From: a virus
Lineage: Duplodnaviria > Heunggongvirae > Uroviricota > Caudoviricetes
IMG/VR virus record: IMGVR_UViG_3300016476_000987
Reading direction: 5' to 3' (one strand)
Length of the DNA stretch: 64,000 nucleotides
In this document: positions 40,201 through 48,125 of the stretch, piece by piece
Position numbering within the stretch: the stretch's first letter is position 1
Layout: each line of letters starts with the position of its first letter
Position numbers and translations under genes: made by a program
The notes under the pieces: generated by a model
Database searches by the model: none
Told to the model about the DNA's origin: nothing
Seen by the model: only the letters and a program-made list of their open reading frames with translations

Positions 40201-40725
40201 GGTATAGGACAGCCTGCTGCTGGTGCTTTAGGGTTTAATTGCGTAGCTTCTACTGGGTATATTTCTTTTAATGAAGGAACTAACAATGAAAGAGTTAGGA
40301 TAACAGGAGGTAATGTTGGTATTGGTACTACGACTCCTAATGCTAAACTAGACGTTAACGGTAATGCAATAGTTACCGGCTCTCTTACAGTATCCAGCAC
40401 CTTCACTTTAGATGCTACTTTAACCGACTATGCAACCGTAGCCTCATCTGTTGTAGGTTCAAACAATTTATTTACTCAAGCAACCGGCTCATATACTTCA
40501 GCCTTCTTCAAATATACCGTAACAAGTGGTAGTAGCACTAGAGCAGGAGAAGTAGTAGCTGCTTGGAACGGTGCTAGTGTGCAGTTCTATGATAACTCAA
40601 CAGTTGATATTGGAAGTACTACAGCAGTAACTTCCTCTGTGTCTATTGTAACAGGTAATGTACAATTTAATATTCAAACTAATACTTCTGGTTGGAGAAT
40701 AAAATCACTGGCCACATTCATTTAA
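31201..40725 (+). CDS. Giant modular tail fibre/adhesin (3174 aa)
   Basis: N-terminal LKLRRSAVPGKVP...GELALNTHDG anchor-type motif; about 10 G(N/R)(V/I)G(I/V)xxxxP modules; IGxxAG repeat blocks; Ser/Ala-rich repeats. Confidence 0.85.
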   Translation: MSNNQILKLRRSAVPGKVPSTSSLDFGELALNTHDGYVFIKKSGSRGEEIVVVGAGSSGSFSGSFFGTSSWAINSLTASYAPAYLPLVGGTINGNLTINGTASISFLNVLYETASVIYSSGSNQFGDASDDVQTLYGSVIIPTGSLLVTGSITSTNGFSGSLHGTSSWANDSISSSYALSASQAQNTVSSSYAATASNILGGATNYIPLWNTNNSLSSSILYQSSSNIGIGTTFPLATLEVSGSGKFTNGLQVTSSINISNSGLNVNSISLLNSRNLGIDLNSDGYFNIGKIINGISLGSGKAGLYSYIGDPNGGEGIGFFTGDGFSVKEIVTIRSSGTVGIGINSPGSSLIVGSAGRIGLNDSTNSNQGTLQMSSNGLEVYVGDSKYITLGTNSIERVRIDSSGNVGIGVLNPSNKLEVSGSAFISGSLTVTQGITGSLLGTASWANNAISSSYAATASNILGGVATYIPFFNTNTTLGPSTMFQVSNSFSTTSIAINETNITSDNPEALYVFQTHPTSINVITGKGNLNNYLQLNIQNTNQGISASSDVVATANNGTETDLYVNMGINSENFLNNGNGVGSANDAYLYATGKNFHIGNAKSNQHLGFFVGGFNVEANNKLQLNPNNQHQMSGSLDVSGSLNVNAGVTASLYGTASWAENSISSSYALTASHALNVPETASYAVSASISDLAITASYILNAESSSYALTASYAGNVPETASYSLEALSSSYALTSSYANNVPDTASYALQALSSSYPFTVTGSSILSYNTSNVNIEDGIYIGNTAGAEAFNTYGSIYLGYAAGYNADNAYTSNYIGYRAGDSANRSDASNFIGLFAGYQASASYTSNFIGQEAGYQTLGAYNSNFIGYRAGYQVTNAANSNFIGFQSGRGAINSNYSNFIGVNAGLNAVSASFSNIIGYLAGSNSTGVGIGRNNIIIGNLVTLADNRKDSINIGGLIFGTGSYSGFSLFSGSANGRIGVNQPFPIFSLDVSGSGRFTDGLTVTGSLIASSITSSLQGTSSWASNAISSSYSLSASQAQNAVSSSYPFRATGSTIASFNAAANISNNNNIAIGFEAGLNVSGSLNYANIFLGSSAGYEARVQESVFIGSRAGLLAGASNNSIMIGTQTGEGANNAVSSTFVGYYAGNAAARVINGTFIGAFAGNSAISSSRSTFIGGSAGSNASFSSHSIFIGYSAGASAVSSSFSTLIGYQAGYTAVGAGIRSNNIIIGTNITLAAERQDSINIGGLIFGTGSYSTTTGNPFSGSANGRIGINQPLPIYSLDVSGSGRYTNGLEVTSSLIAPNITGSLLGTASWASNAISSSYALSSSVAVNANTASYILNAVSSSYALSASNAVTSSYILNAVSASQAQNAVSSSYPIAISGSTIFSRISSDNTGFSTTQGIFLGLGAGNGATSAVGSIFLGSNSGRIARNSTSCIFIGVEAGTGMGYNTSTDSTVLIGSTAGYFAENPRRSNFIGLDAGSYAHNARNSNFIGERAGRAAANASYSTFIGYRAGINDTGNTANSVGRNNIIIGTNITLPVNTIDSINLGGLIFGTGSYYNNNEFTQPFSGSANGRIGINQPTPIFNLDVSGSGRYTNGLTVTGSLIVKDFLKVDGLLSGSLIPSGSELYDLGSDSNRFRSLYLAGTTIHLGNIKLEETNGTLIIIPDSGSGLTETSFSGSFTGSFSGTSSWAANAISASQSENAVSSSYALLATTASYSLDSDKLDGKDSTTFATTGSNIFIGNEIITGSLNISGSETVKGFIRLDPSITNIDNSISASYIYVSGSTNDLYFTQNSNGYNNTTRLRWLEGNLYTGLLNGGLISVVTGSTTFNLSSGSGIIVNLNASLNDNPYPTISYVNWNTYTNVPLTYLTSSIQTYIGIDSSGNITQQTTPFVNGEYNNKILIGTVLHQNKSTINASITYPNVAYGYKQRTYDFIKAFGPLKLSGYTIIPSGSLGLTIGSGTAWAEGRNYQTDPNSPSYIIDPGTTVSKIFRYYQSGSEFVQDTNGGLGYTTIDPTLFNPGGSGSLQSIPGSGVNRNWSIQRVFWYPNSATKGIVVYYGNASYDTATDAIANLPYEPFIEVENTKQNAVYLGALILKTTANWSDPTTYNILSAGLFRNVGGSGGGGSAITTRLVDLSDVAVSGPTGGQALVYNAATLKWQNTSYISASISGNALTATSASYAATASYVLNAQTASYVLNAVSSSYSLSSSQAQSSVSSSYALNSTSASQAQNAVNASTASLALTNILTASAAGSTITFTKGDNTTFNVTLTTATADTSSYVSSANVDGPLGKNSILSSSYAISASQAQNAVSASYVLNAISASQAQNAVTASYVLNAVSSSYALSASQAQNAVTSSYILNAVSSSYSLSSSYSLNSTNASFATQASTASYVLNAISASQAQNAVTASYILNAVSSSYALSASQAQNAVSSSFATRAITASYADNLTVAGTLTAQTLVVQTVTSSIDFVTGSSRFGTLLTNTHQFTGSVSMTGSLTVVGNGITGSLFGTSSWANNAISASQAVTASYILNAVSSSYALSASQAQNAATASYVLNAVSSSYALSASQAQNAATASYILNAISASQAQNAVTASYVLNAVSSSQAQNAVTASYVLNAISASYALSASQAQNTVSASYALSSSQAQNAVSSDTSIRVNGTTGQLISKDDRIIEPNSISTASLQFGFTSWNNNNAGPYADYLHMRSYIDSSGGSDNLVAFNKNAIGMRLWQQTYNSASPYATYRDVALVSGSTDNYVPLWTSSTQLINSAIYQSGSSIGIGTTSPAASLHVYRGLAGTITADRTTPLDVLVLESENTTQQEFDGFGQSIVFRGSTYNDSAQRTLGRVTHQINDNSTNTTRGTSLNIQLSTGSIGNTLASRLYIDYSGNVGVGTTSPYNYSTWNFTTLNGNGGSGIVFRNNNVDTTQLYGFSGGTDLLSTGYFQLYTGGSVRMYVGTTGNVGIGTTSPSAPLMFGKAVYGAPSSEDFYRIKFEDVGGIHNDVGIGQPAAGALGFNCVASTGYISFNEGTNNERVRITGGNVGIGTTTPNAKLDVNGNAIVTGSLTVSSTFTLDATLTDYATVASSVVGSNNLFTQATGSYTSAFFKYTVTSGSSTRAGEVVAAWNGASVQFYDNSTVDIGSTTAVTSSVSIVTGNVQFNIQTNTSGWRIKSLATFI
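33460..36021 (+). repeat. Three diverged copies of a ~230-260-aa module (about 33460-34224, 34327-35100, 35323-36021)
   Basis: Each copy runs SSSYP...(S-x-F-IG-x-x-AG)n...NNIIIG...DSINIGGLIFGTGSY...FSGSANGRIG(V/I)NQP...LDVSGSGR(F/Y)T. Confidence 0.85.
37740..39150 (+). repeat. Array of SASQAQNAV / TASY(V/I)LNA / SSSYAL repeats
   Basis: Dozens of 5-9-aa blocks; exact DNA duplicates such as a 37-mer at 38850 and 38977 and a 29-mer at 37887 and 38118. Confidence 0.9.
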
Positions 40726-40746
40726 CAAACAAATAAAAAAAACAAA

Positions 40747-41097
40747 ATGACAGACATTAATTATTTCTGGACAATTAATCCTCTTGAGTGTTATCCTATT
40801 AGCGATGTAGGAGCAGATTTTGTATTCACTGCTCATTGGCAGCTACACGCTCAAACAGGATCCTATTCTGCTCAAGCTATAGGCACTCAAGCTTTTGAAG
40901 GTACTCCTGCCGGAGGAGATTTTATTCCTTTTGAAGACTTGACTCTTGAAATGGTACAGGGTTGGGTAGAAAGTGCTATGGGAGAAGAAAAAGTAGCTCA
41001 ACTAAAAGAAAGTCTAGCTAAAAATATAGAAAACCAAATTAATCCTCCGGTAGTAACCTTACAATCTCCCTGGCTAAATACTTCCGGATCAATTTAA
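40747..41097 (+). CDS. Small fibre-associated protein, probable assembly chaperone or tip protein
   Basis: Follows the fibre gene; YFWTI..LECYP...AHW...FIPFEDLT...VQGWV motif typical of small genes next to fibres. Confidence 0.55.
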   Translation: MTDINYFWTINPLECYPISDVGADFVFTAHWQLHAQTGSYSAQAIGTQAFEGTPAGGDFIPFEDLTLEMVQGWVESAMGEEKVAQLKESLAKNIENQINPPVVTLQSPWLNTSGSI

Positions 41098-41108
41098 AAT
41101 AGCAGTAT

Positions 41109-41282
41109 ATGTATAGAATAGAAATGGAATTTCTACCAAAACTTGGTACTATCTGGGTGACTAAAATAAATCTAGAAGATCCTATTTATGAATATGATAA
41201 TGAAGCGGATGCTTTAGCTAAATTAAAAGAACTAGAAGCATCAGATTCATCAGGTCGTAAGTATAGAGTTGTACCTTGTTAA
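41109..41282 (+). CDS. 57-aa ORF missing from the ORF track
   Basis: ATG 41109 to TAA 41282: MYRIEMEFLPKLGTIWVTKINLEDPIYEYDNEADALAKLKELEASDSSGRKYRVVPC; fills the gap exactly. Confidence 0.7.
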   Translation: MYRIEMEFLPKLGTIWVTKINLEDPIYEYDNEADALAKLKELEASDSSGRKYRVVPC

Positions 41283-41290
41283 TATTTATA
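41282..41290 (+). promoter_or_regulatory. Putative late promoter ATATTTATA
   Basis: 42 nt before second fibre ATG 41333. Confidence 0.6.
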
Positions 41291-41332
41291 TTAAACCCCC
41301 TCCTAGGGATAGTGAACTAGGAATAGAATACA

Positions 41333-44300
41333 ATGGCTAATGAATTTATCGCCAGGTTAGGGCTTATAGCTCTAGACAATTCAGCAATTAGTGGATCCTT
41401 AACTGTAACAAATGGTATTACCAGTTCCTTATTTGGAACAGCGTCTTGGTCAACAAACGCACTAACATCTTCATTTGTTCCTGGATATATTAGTGGTAGC
41501 GGTACTACAAATTATATATCTAAGTTCACCGCAGGAGGGATAATAGGGCCATCTCAAATATTCGATAATGGCACTAGTGTAGGAATTGGGACAACTAGTC
41601 CTGCGGGGCGTTTACATATAAAACAAACAGCTTCAGAAATTCCTTTCATATTAGATAATAGCAATGGTACAAGCGGCTCTTTTACTCAATATAGAGTAAA
41701 CGCATCTACTGGCTGGGAAGTGGGTATGGCTGGTAGTGGGGATTCCTATAAGTGGTTTTTTTCATATGGCACATTTAGTTCTACAAACTCTAAGTTTACT
41801 ATAACAAATACCGGAGATATTGGAGTAGGTACTATAGCGCCTCAATATAAACTGCATGTAGTAGGAGGTCACGTAAAACTTCCTAATAACTATAAATTAT
41901 ATTTTGGAGATGTCGCTGAAAATTTAGGATTTCAAATAGGTAGTGATGGTGCTAGTAATAACATGGTTATATCACAAGCCAACAATGCTACACTACAAAT
42001 AAGCACCGCAGGTTCTTCCGGCCATATTAGATTTACTCCCAATTCTTCAGAATCAGTAAGATTTACTGGTGGAGGAAATGTAGGTATTGGCACGACTACT
42101 CCTGAACAAAAACTAGTAGTATCAAATGCAGGAGCAGAAGGATTAGAATTTATTCCTGCCCCATCAGCTAATTCAAACCAAATACAGTCTTATAATCGTT
42201 CTACTAGTGCATATAACTCATTAGTATTAAGAGCATTAGAGTATAACGTACAAGTAGGAACTACTCCTGCTTTGTATGTAAGTGCAAGTGGTAATGTTGG
42301 TATAGGAGGTACAACTCCTAATAGAAAGCTAGAAGTAATTACAGGAAACGGTACAACAAATGGTATAAGACTTACTTACGGAAACAACGTTACTACTGAA
42401 GGATTAGACATAACGTATCTAAATAACGGATTTACGACAGCTAGCTTTGATAGTTTGTATAATTCTAATTCTGCAATTATGCAGTTTAGAATGAAAACAG
42501 CGTCTACTCCAGTCACAGCTATGACAATATTAGGTAGTGGCAATATTGGAATTGGCACTACAGCCCCAGGAGCTACTCTTGATGTCTATACTACAGGAGA
42601 TCCTACTGCTTTTTTCAGAGCAGCAGGAGATTTTAATGTCAATTTTAGAGGATCAACTCTAGGAAACACACAACTTTTTTCGATTAGAAATAATAATACT
42701 TCTGTTGTACATCTAAATACACAGAACTCTGCTAGATTGGCGCTAGGGGTATCAGCAGCTACGGGTTCAGGAACTGTTGTAGAGCACGTAACAATAAATT
42801 CTAGCGGTAATGTAGGTATAGGAACTACTTCTCCTGCCTCTAAATTAGATGTTAACGGTAAAATATCAGCTGGAGGTGCTACTGAAACATTAAATGGACT
42901 TAGTGCAATAAACAGTTCTAGTTTACAAGCTACTGTTTATTCTTATAATTATAATCCCTCAGGATGGTCTATATATTCAGCACAAGGGATTAATTATTTT
43001 TCTGGTAGTGTAGGCATAGGCACTACTTCCCCACTAACTAAACTTCACATAAGTAGTCCATCTAACGATGTTGGAGTAAGATTAACCAATACTACCGCAG
43101 CAAAATCATTTCTATCTTATGTAGATACTTCAGGTAATTACATTATATATGACGCAAATGTTGATAATAATAGGCTTACTATTAATTCAGCAGGGACTGC
43201 CTCTTTTAGCGGTAATGTTAGTATTGGTACCACAAATGCTGATTCAACAGCTCTTAGAATTGTGCCAGTTTCTACCGACACTATACAAAGAACCTTACAT
43301 ATAGGGTATAATGGTTCTATGTCTAGTGGAACTCATGGTTCTCTAATTACTTTTGGTAATACAACCCCTTCTACTGCTCAATTAGCTAGAATAGGTGCTT
43401 TCTATGAAGGAGGAACCTATATGGGAAGCTTGAGGTTTTATACCAACACTGATACAGAAGGAGCAAGTCCTTCTGAAAGAATGAGAATAACCGCCGGAGG
43501 TAATGTAGGTATAGGAACTACTTCTCCAAACGCCAAGTTAGACGTTAATGGTAATGCTATAGTAAGCGGATCTTTTACTGTTGTAACAGGAAGCGCTGTA
43601 GAGTTGCAAGTAACTAATACTGGAGTAAGGATAGGTAATGCTACCACCGATAATCACCCTGTTACTGGTAGTCTAAATGTTACAGGATCTGCTACTTTAG
43701 CAGGAACTTTTACTCAAACTCCTTTTAAAAGCATAATAATTAGATCTCTTAGTGCTTCTGCTACTCAAGCAAGAGAGTTTGAAATACTTAGAGGTATTAC
43801 AGATTTTAATGACTGGTCTGAGACTGGGGTTGTTGAGATAGAGGTGCATGAGCAACAGTGGGGTAGAGGCCTTAAAAAGACTTATTCTTTCTCTTACGGG
43901 TACTTTGACGCAGCTGAATTTAAGTTAGTAGAGATGATAGGGTCTCCGTCATCTAATAACTTTCAGCTTAGAATGGGAAGTAAAACTCTTATATCCGGAG
44001 AAGTGTACTATTATCCGGTATATGCTCAAGTAAGAAACTACGGTATTGTAGACATTATAATCAAGACCAGGCGTAATATTACTACTAATTCTGTTAGTAC
44101 AACTAATGGAGATTTATATGTAAATACAGCTCCTACAGCAAGCAACATATCAGATTTCACTGCTGATAACACTGTTACTTTAAATAATGCAGCCAGTAAT
44201 TTGGATTTTACTGGTTCATTTGGCGTATCTAATACAATAACTGCTCCTAATATTACTTCTACCACAACACTAAATGCTAATGGCACTAGTGCAACTTTTA

Positions 44301-46498
44301 ATACTTCAAATACCTATATAAATTCAGATAATATTGTTGTAGGAAATAACTCAACAGATGTAGTAGGTATTGCGGCAAATACAATGTATTTTCCAGGTAA
44401 CGGCAGAGTAGCAATTGGCACAACCACTCCTCAAAGACTTTTAGACGTGTATAATCAAGGTACGTCTGGAATAGTAGCGAGTTTTGGGGCTCAAGTATCA
44501 AATACAAATTTCTCAGGAATATCTTTTGGGTATGTAGAAGCAGCAAATACATCATATAGAAAATCTGCTCTTGTATTTGAAAGATCAGAAACTCATGGAG
44601 GAGGCTCTAACGCAAGTGGTAAGATACATTTTTTATTAAATAACAATGGTGCTTCATCTGCTACTGCATTAACAGATGCTGTAGTAACGATAGATTCTGT
44701 AGGAACTACAGTAGGTTCAGCCCGAGTGGGGATTGGGACTAGATTTCCGACCGCTTCTTTGCACATTAGCGGTAGTGTTTCTACCGATAATTTAATGAGA
44801 GTGCAAAGTTCTACTGGGACTGAGTACTTTTTTATTAGCGCTAGCGGAAATATAGGCGCAGGCACTACATCTCCTTCAGCTGCTCTACATATAGCAAGAA
44901 CAGCCGCAGACGGAGCTTCTATAAGACTACAAACAACAAACTCTACAGCTAATGGGTCAATACAATGGGCAAACAGTGCTAATAGTATAATAGCTCTAAT
45001 AGGATCAAACTACAATGTTAGTGATTCTGCTGGGGGGTTAGAATTTATTGCTGGCGGTACTACTACAAGAATGTTTATTAGTTCTAGTGGTAATGTAGGT
45101 ATAGGTACTACAACACCAGTAGACAAACTAGAAATAGAGGGTAATATTAGAATCAGAACAGGTAATAGTTTAACTCTTAGAAATGCTACCAACGATTCTA
45201 CAGCAGCAATTTATAATGCAGGAGGTAGCGCATCTTCTAATATTTATTTAGCTGTAGGACCTAGTCCTACAATGACAATAGGATCTAATGTAGGTATAGG
45301 TACTACAAGTCCTTCTTATAAATTAGATGTTGCTGGTAATTTTAGGGCTGTTTCTGGAGTTGAGTCTTTAACTTTATTTCAAACTAGTGGGTGGGCTACT
45401 AATTATTTAAAATCAGATTTAACTACTAGTGCTGTAGCTCATATTTTTGGAAAAGCCAACACTACTAACAACTCAGCAACGTTAAGGTATTACCATGCAG
45501 GTGATGGAAGTACTTCTAATTACGTAGGATTAGGGTTTTATGGTAATGATGATATACTAAGAGTATACGCTAACGGTAATGTAACAGCTACTTCTTTTGT
45601 AGGTACTGCTAGTTGGGCTAATAATGCTACGAGTTCTTCTTATGCTTTAACTGCGTCCTATGCATTAACTTCTGCCGGTGGAGGAGGGTCTTCTTTCCCA
45701 TATACGGGTAATGCTTTAATAAGCGGTTCTTTAATTCTTACGGGTAGTTTTTCTATGCAGAGTGGTAGTATAGATATAAAACCATATACTTCAGGAGGCG
45801 TTATTCTTACAGGAGATGCTTCTGAATGGTCTAATTCTGCAAACTATACTCACCCTCAAATAAGATTAAGGGATTATAGAACAGGTATAACTTTTGTAAA
45901 TAATACAGAAGTACATATAGTTTCAAATACAAAAGCAATAGTAGCGGCTAAAACAGTATCAGCGATTCCGAGATTTATTTTAGCTTCCGACACACAATTA
46001 CAATGGTCTAGTGCAGAGACTAACGGGTTCACTCTTGATACAGGAATAAGAAGATTAAGTGCTGGAGTATTAGAAGTGACTAGTTCAATAGTTGCACAAT
46101 CGTTTACAGGCTCTTTACAAGGTACTTCTTCTTGGGCTGTATCTGCTTCTTGGGCTCCCTCTGCGGGTGGTAGCGCACCTACGGCAGTTACGTTCAATAG
46201 AGTAACAGGAAACTACACATTCGTATTATCTGATGCTGGTAAAACAGTAGAAGTTAGCGCAAGTGCAGCAGGCACGTATAATTTAACAGTACCTCCAGCT
46301 TCTACTACTAACTTTGCAGATGGAACATTTATAGATGTAATACTATATGGGACTGGGTCTATCCAATTTGTAACAGGTTCTGGAGTTACATTCAGAAGTG
46401 CAAACAACTGGACTAAACTTGGCACCAGGTATGGAGCAGCTACTTTAATAAACATAGCTGGAGATGAGTGGTATTTGATTGGTAACTTAAACGCATAA
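41333..46498 (+). CDS. Second modular tail fibre (1721 aa)
   Basis: About 14 GxVGIGTTxP-delimited modules; C-terminal YTFVLSDAGKTV...TVPP...GTGSIQF...EWYLIGNL beta domain typical of fibre ends. Confidence 0.85.
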   Translation: MANEFIARLGLIALDNSAISGSLTVTNGITSSLFGTASWSTNALTSSFVPGYISGSGTTNYISKFTAGGIIGPSQIFDNGTSVGIGTTSPAGRLHIKQTASEIPFILDNSNGTSGSFTQYRVNASTGWEVGMAGSGDSYKWFFSYGTFSSTNSKFTITNTGDIGVGTIAPQYKLHVVGGHVKLPNNYKLYFGDVAENLGFQIGSDGASNNMVISQANNATLQISTAGSSGHIRFTPNSSESVRFTGGGNVGIGTTTPEQKLVVSNAGAEGLEFIPAPSANSNQIQSYNRSTSAYNSLVLRALEYNVQVGTTPALYVSASGNVGIGGTTPNRKLEVITGNGTTNGIRLTYGNNVTTEGLDITYLNNGFTTASFDSLYNSNSAIMQFRMKTASTPVTAMTILGSGNIGIGTTAPGATLDVYTTGDPTAFFRAAGDFNVNFRGSTLGNTQLFSIRNNNTSVVHLNTQNSARLALGVSAATGSGTVVEHVTINSSGNVGIGTTSPASKLDVNGKISAGGATETLNGLSAINSSSLQATVYSYNYNPSGWSIYSAQGINYFSGSVGIGTTSPLTKLHISSPSNDVGVRLTNTTAAKSFLSYVDTSGNYIIYDANVDNNRLTINSAGTASFSGNVSIGTTNADSTALRIVPVSTDTIQRTLHIGYNGSMSSGTHGSLITFGNTTPSTAQLARIGAFYEGGTYMGSLRFYTNTDTEGASPSERMRITAGGNVGIGTTSPNAKLDVNGNAIVSGSFTVVTGSAVELQVTNTGVRIGNATTDNHPVTGSLNVTGSATLAGTFTQTPFKSIIIRSLSASATQAREFEILRGITDFNDWSETGVVEIEVHEQQWGRGLKKTYSFSYGYFDAAEFKLVEMIGSPSSNNFQLRMGSKTLISGEVYYYPVYAQVRNYGIVDIIIKTRRNITTNSVSTTNGDLYVNTAPTASNISDFTADNTVTLNNAASNLDFTGSFGVSNTITAPNITSTTTLNANGTSATFNTSNTYINSDNIVVGNNSTDVVGIAANTMYFPGNGRVAIGTTTPQRLLDVYNQGTSGIVASFGAQVSNTNFSGISFGYVEAANTSYRKSALVFERSETHGGGSNASGKIHFLLNNNGASSATALTDAVVTIDSVGTTVGSARVGIGTRFPTASLHISGSVSTDNLMRVQSSTGTEYFFISASGNIGAGTTSPSAALHIARTAADGASIRLQTTNSTANGSIQWANSANSIIALIGSNYNVSDSAGGLEFIAGGTTTRMFISSSGNVGIGTTTPVDKLEIEGNIRIRTGNSLTLRNATNDSTAAIYNAGGSASSNIYLAVGPSPTMTIGSNVGIGTTSPSYKLDVAGNFRAVSGVESLTLFQTSGWATNYLKSDLTTSAVAHIFGKANTTNNSATLRYYHAGDGSTSNYVGLGFYGNDDILRVYANGNVTATSFVGTASWANNATSSSYALTASYALTSAGGGGSSFPYTGNALISGSLILTGSFSMQSGSIDIKPYTSGGVILTGDASEWSNSANYTHPQIRLRDYRTGITFVNNTEVHIVSNTKAIVAAKTVSAIPRFILASDTQLQWSSAETNGFTLDTGIRRLSAGVLEVTSSIVAQSFTGSLQGTSSWAVSASWAPSAGGSAPTAVTFNRVTGNYTFVLSDAGKTVEVSASAAGTYNLTVPPASTTNFADGTFIDVILYGTGSIQFVTGSGVTFRSANNWTKLGTRYGAATLINIAGDEWYLIGNLNA

Positions 46499-46502
46499 TG
46501 TT

Positions 46503-47180
46503 ATGAGTATATTTGGAACTAGAGATAGTGGCGTTAAAGTAATAAATAATGGATTAGGTTTGTGGTTTGATGCTGCTCAAACAGTATCTTATCCACGAAC
46601 CGGCAGAACCTGGACGGATAGAGCTAGCGGAGCTGTTTGTACTATTGGAGGATCTTATGCTTATTACACTGGGAATGGAGGATACTTTGCAGATTTTGGA
46701 AACTTTGATACCACATTTCCAATAACATCAAGCTACAGCGCAACCGGTCTTTCGGGATTGACAATGCAGGCAGTTGTGTATTTTGCAAGAGGTCAGTATG
46801 AACAGGCAACATTATTAGGGTCAACAAACAGTGGAGGTAATGATTTTAAATTAACTCCTACAGGAATTGTCTCTGATGGTGGAGGTAGAAGTGCTTTTAC
46901 AACTTTACCTCAAAATGTGTGGTATTTCATATCATGTACAAGAGACGTAGCATCTCTTTCATTATCAGTTAGAATTAATAATGGAGCAAGAACAACAAAC
47001 ACTTATGCTTCTTTAGGAAATGTGAATTTCACTGATGGGTGGATGATTTCAGCAAACAGAACCGGAGGAGTTGTCTTGCTTGACCCCAGAGTAGCGACAA
47101 TCCTTTTTTATACAAGAACTCTATCAGTAGATGAAGAAGTACAAAATTTTAACGCACTAAGAATAAGATACGGACTATGA
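46503..47180 (+). CDS. Concanavalin A-like lectin/LamG domain protein
   Basis: GLGLWFDAA..SYP.TG.TWTD, WYFISCTR, LFYTRTLS.DEEVQNFNA. Confidence 0.75.
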   Translation: MSIFGTRDSGVKVINNGLGLWFDAAQTVSYPRTGRTWTDRASGAVCTIGGSYAYYTGNGGYFADFGNFDTTFPITSSYSATGLSGLTMQAVVYFARGQYEQATLLGSTNSGGNDFKLTPTGIVSDGGGRSAFTTLPQNVWYFISCTRDVASLSLSVRINNGARTTNTYASLGNVNFTDGWMISANRTGGVVLLDPRVATILFYTRTLSVDEEVQNFNALRIRYGL

Positions 47181-47728
47181 CAGATATTAAGAAAATATTT
47201 GATGAAGCTCTTCCTCCTGTCCTTCCTCCTGAGGAATTTAAATTATGGGCTTATGAAAAATCTTTCAGAGAAATACTAGATAATTGTGATAGAGAAGACT
47301 GGCTTTTGTGGTTATTAAGCAAAAGATTAGGAATAAATAGTCGATTGTTTATATACATAAAAGCAAAATTAGCAGATATTATTAGAGATATACTGAATTC
47401 TGAAGATCTATACTCGGCAGTTGATGCGGGTATTCTGTACGGATTAGAGACCATAAGTTATGAAGAATATCTACAAAGCAGACAAATAAGTGAAGCATAT
47501 CAAAAAACCTTGTCTTTAAATGCTCTTACGTATCACGAACCCGATTATATAAGATATACTATACAATCTATGGCATCTAAATGGATATACGATGATCAAG
47601 GCTATTCCATGTATAGGTCTGCTATAGAATTATTAAATGAAGTAGATCCTAACTACCCCATATTTGATATTACAATAAAACCTATGATGCTAAATATTAT
47701 AAGAGACAATACAACACAATTAAATTAA
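47177..47728 (+). CDS. Hypothetical helical protein
   Basis: ATGA overlap with the lectin gene; CDREDWLLWLL motif; function unknown. Confidence 0.55.
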   Translation: MTDIKKIFDEALPPVLPPEEFKLWAYEKSFREILDNCDREDWLLWLLSKRLGINSRLFIYIKAKLADIIRDILNSEDLYSAVDAGILYGLETISYEEYLQSRQISEAYQKTLSLNALTYHEPDYIRYTIQSMASKWIYDDQGYSMYRSAIELLNEVDPNYPIFDITIKPMMLNIIRDNTTQLN

Positions 47729-47733
47729 TAGAG

Positions 47734-48069
47734 ATGGCAGTAAAAGTAACCGGATTTTTTCAAAATCCAAAAGATGGATTAATATACCAAAGTCCTATAT
47801 TAGGCCTAGTTCCTCATTTATACTACCCTGGAGAGATGTCTTTAGAAGTTAGAATTATTCCTAGCGGCAGTATGCTTGCTAATGGAGGCCTTTCTTTTAA
47901 TAATATACCTGTAAGTTTATTTAATAGTTCTAGCATTAGCAATTCATATAATGCTATGATTTACGCATTAGAAGGGTATGTTATTACAAACCTAAGCGGA
48001 TCTACTCCAATAAATGCACAATCAACTTTCCAAAGGTGGGATCCAATAAGTGGTAGTAATATTTTGTAA
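47734..48069 (+). CDS. Hypothetical protein
   Basis: 111-aa ORF in operon context. Confidence 0.55.
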   Translation: MAVKVTGFFQNPKDGLIYQSPILGLVPHLYYPGEMSLEVRIIPSGSMLANGGLSFNNIPVSLFNSSSISNSYNAMIYALEGYVITNLSGSTPINAQSTFQRWDPISGSNIL

Positions 48070-48098
48070 AAATTTTTTACTTTTTGTAATACTTTTAT

Positions 48099-48107
48099 AT
48101 ATTTATA
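48099..48107 (+). promoter_or_regulatory. Putative late promoter ATATTTATA
   Basis: 18 nt before ATG 48126. Confidence 0.55.
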
Positions 48108-48125
48108 TATATAAAAACAGAAAAT

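Noticed and set aside
31201-46498. Peptidase S74 chaperone domain or an invertase-driven shufflon for the fibres
   Set aside because: Neither fibre ends in an S74-like SD-x-R-L-K motif, and no recombinase or inverted cassettes are present in the window.
48093-48116. AT-only palindromes around late motifs at 15608, 48099 and 56108 as regulatory hairpins
   Set aside because: Pure (TA)n low complexity; expected by chance and thermodynamically weak.
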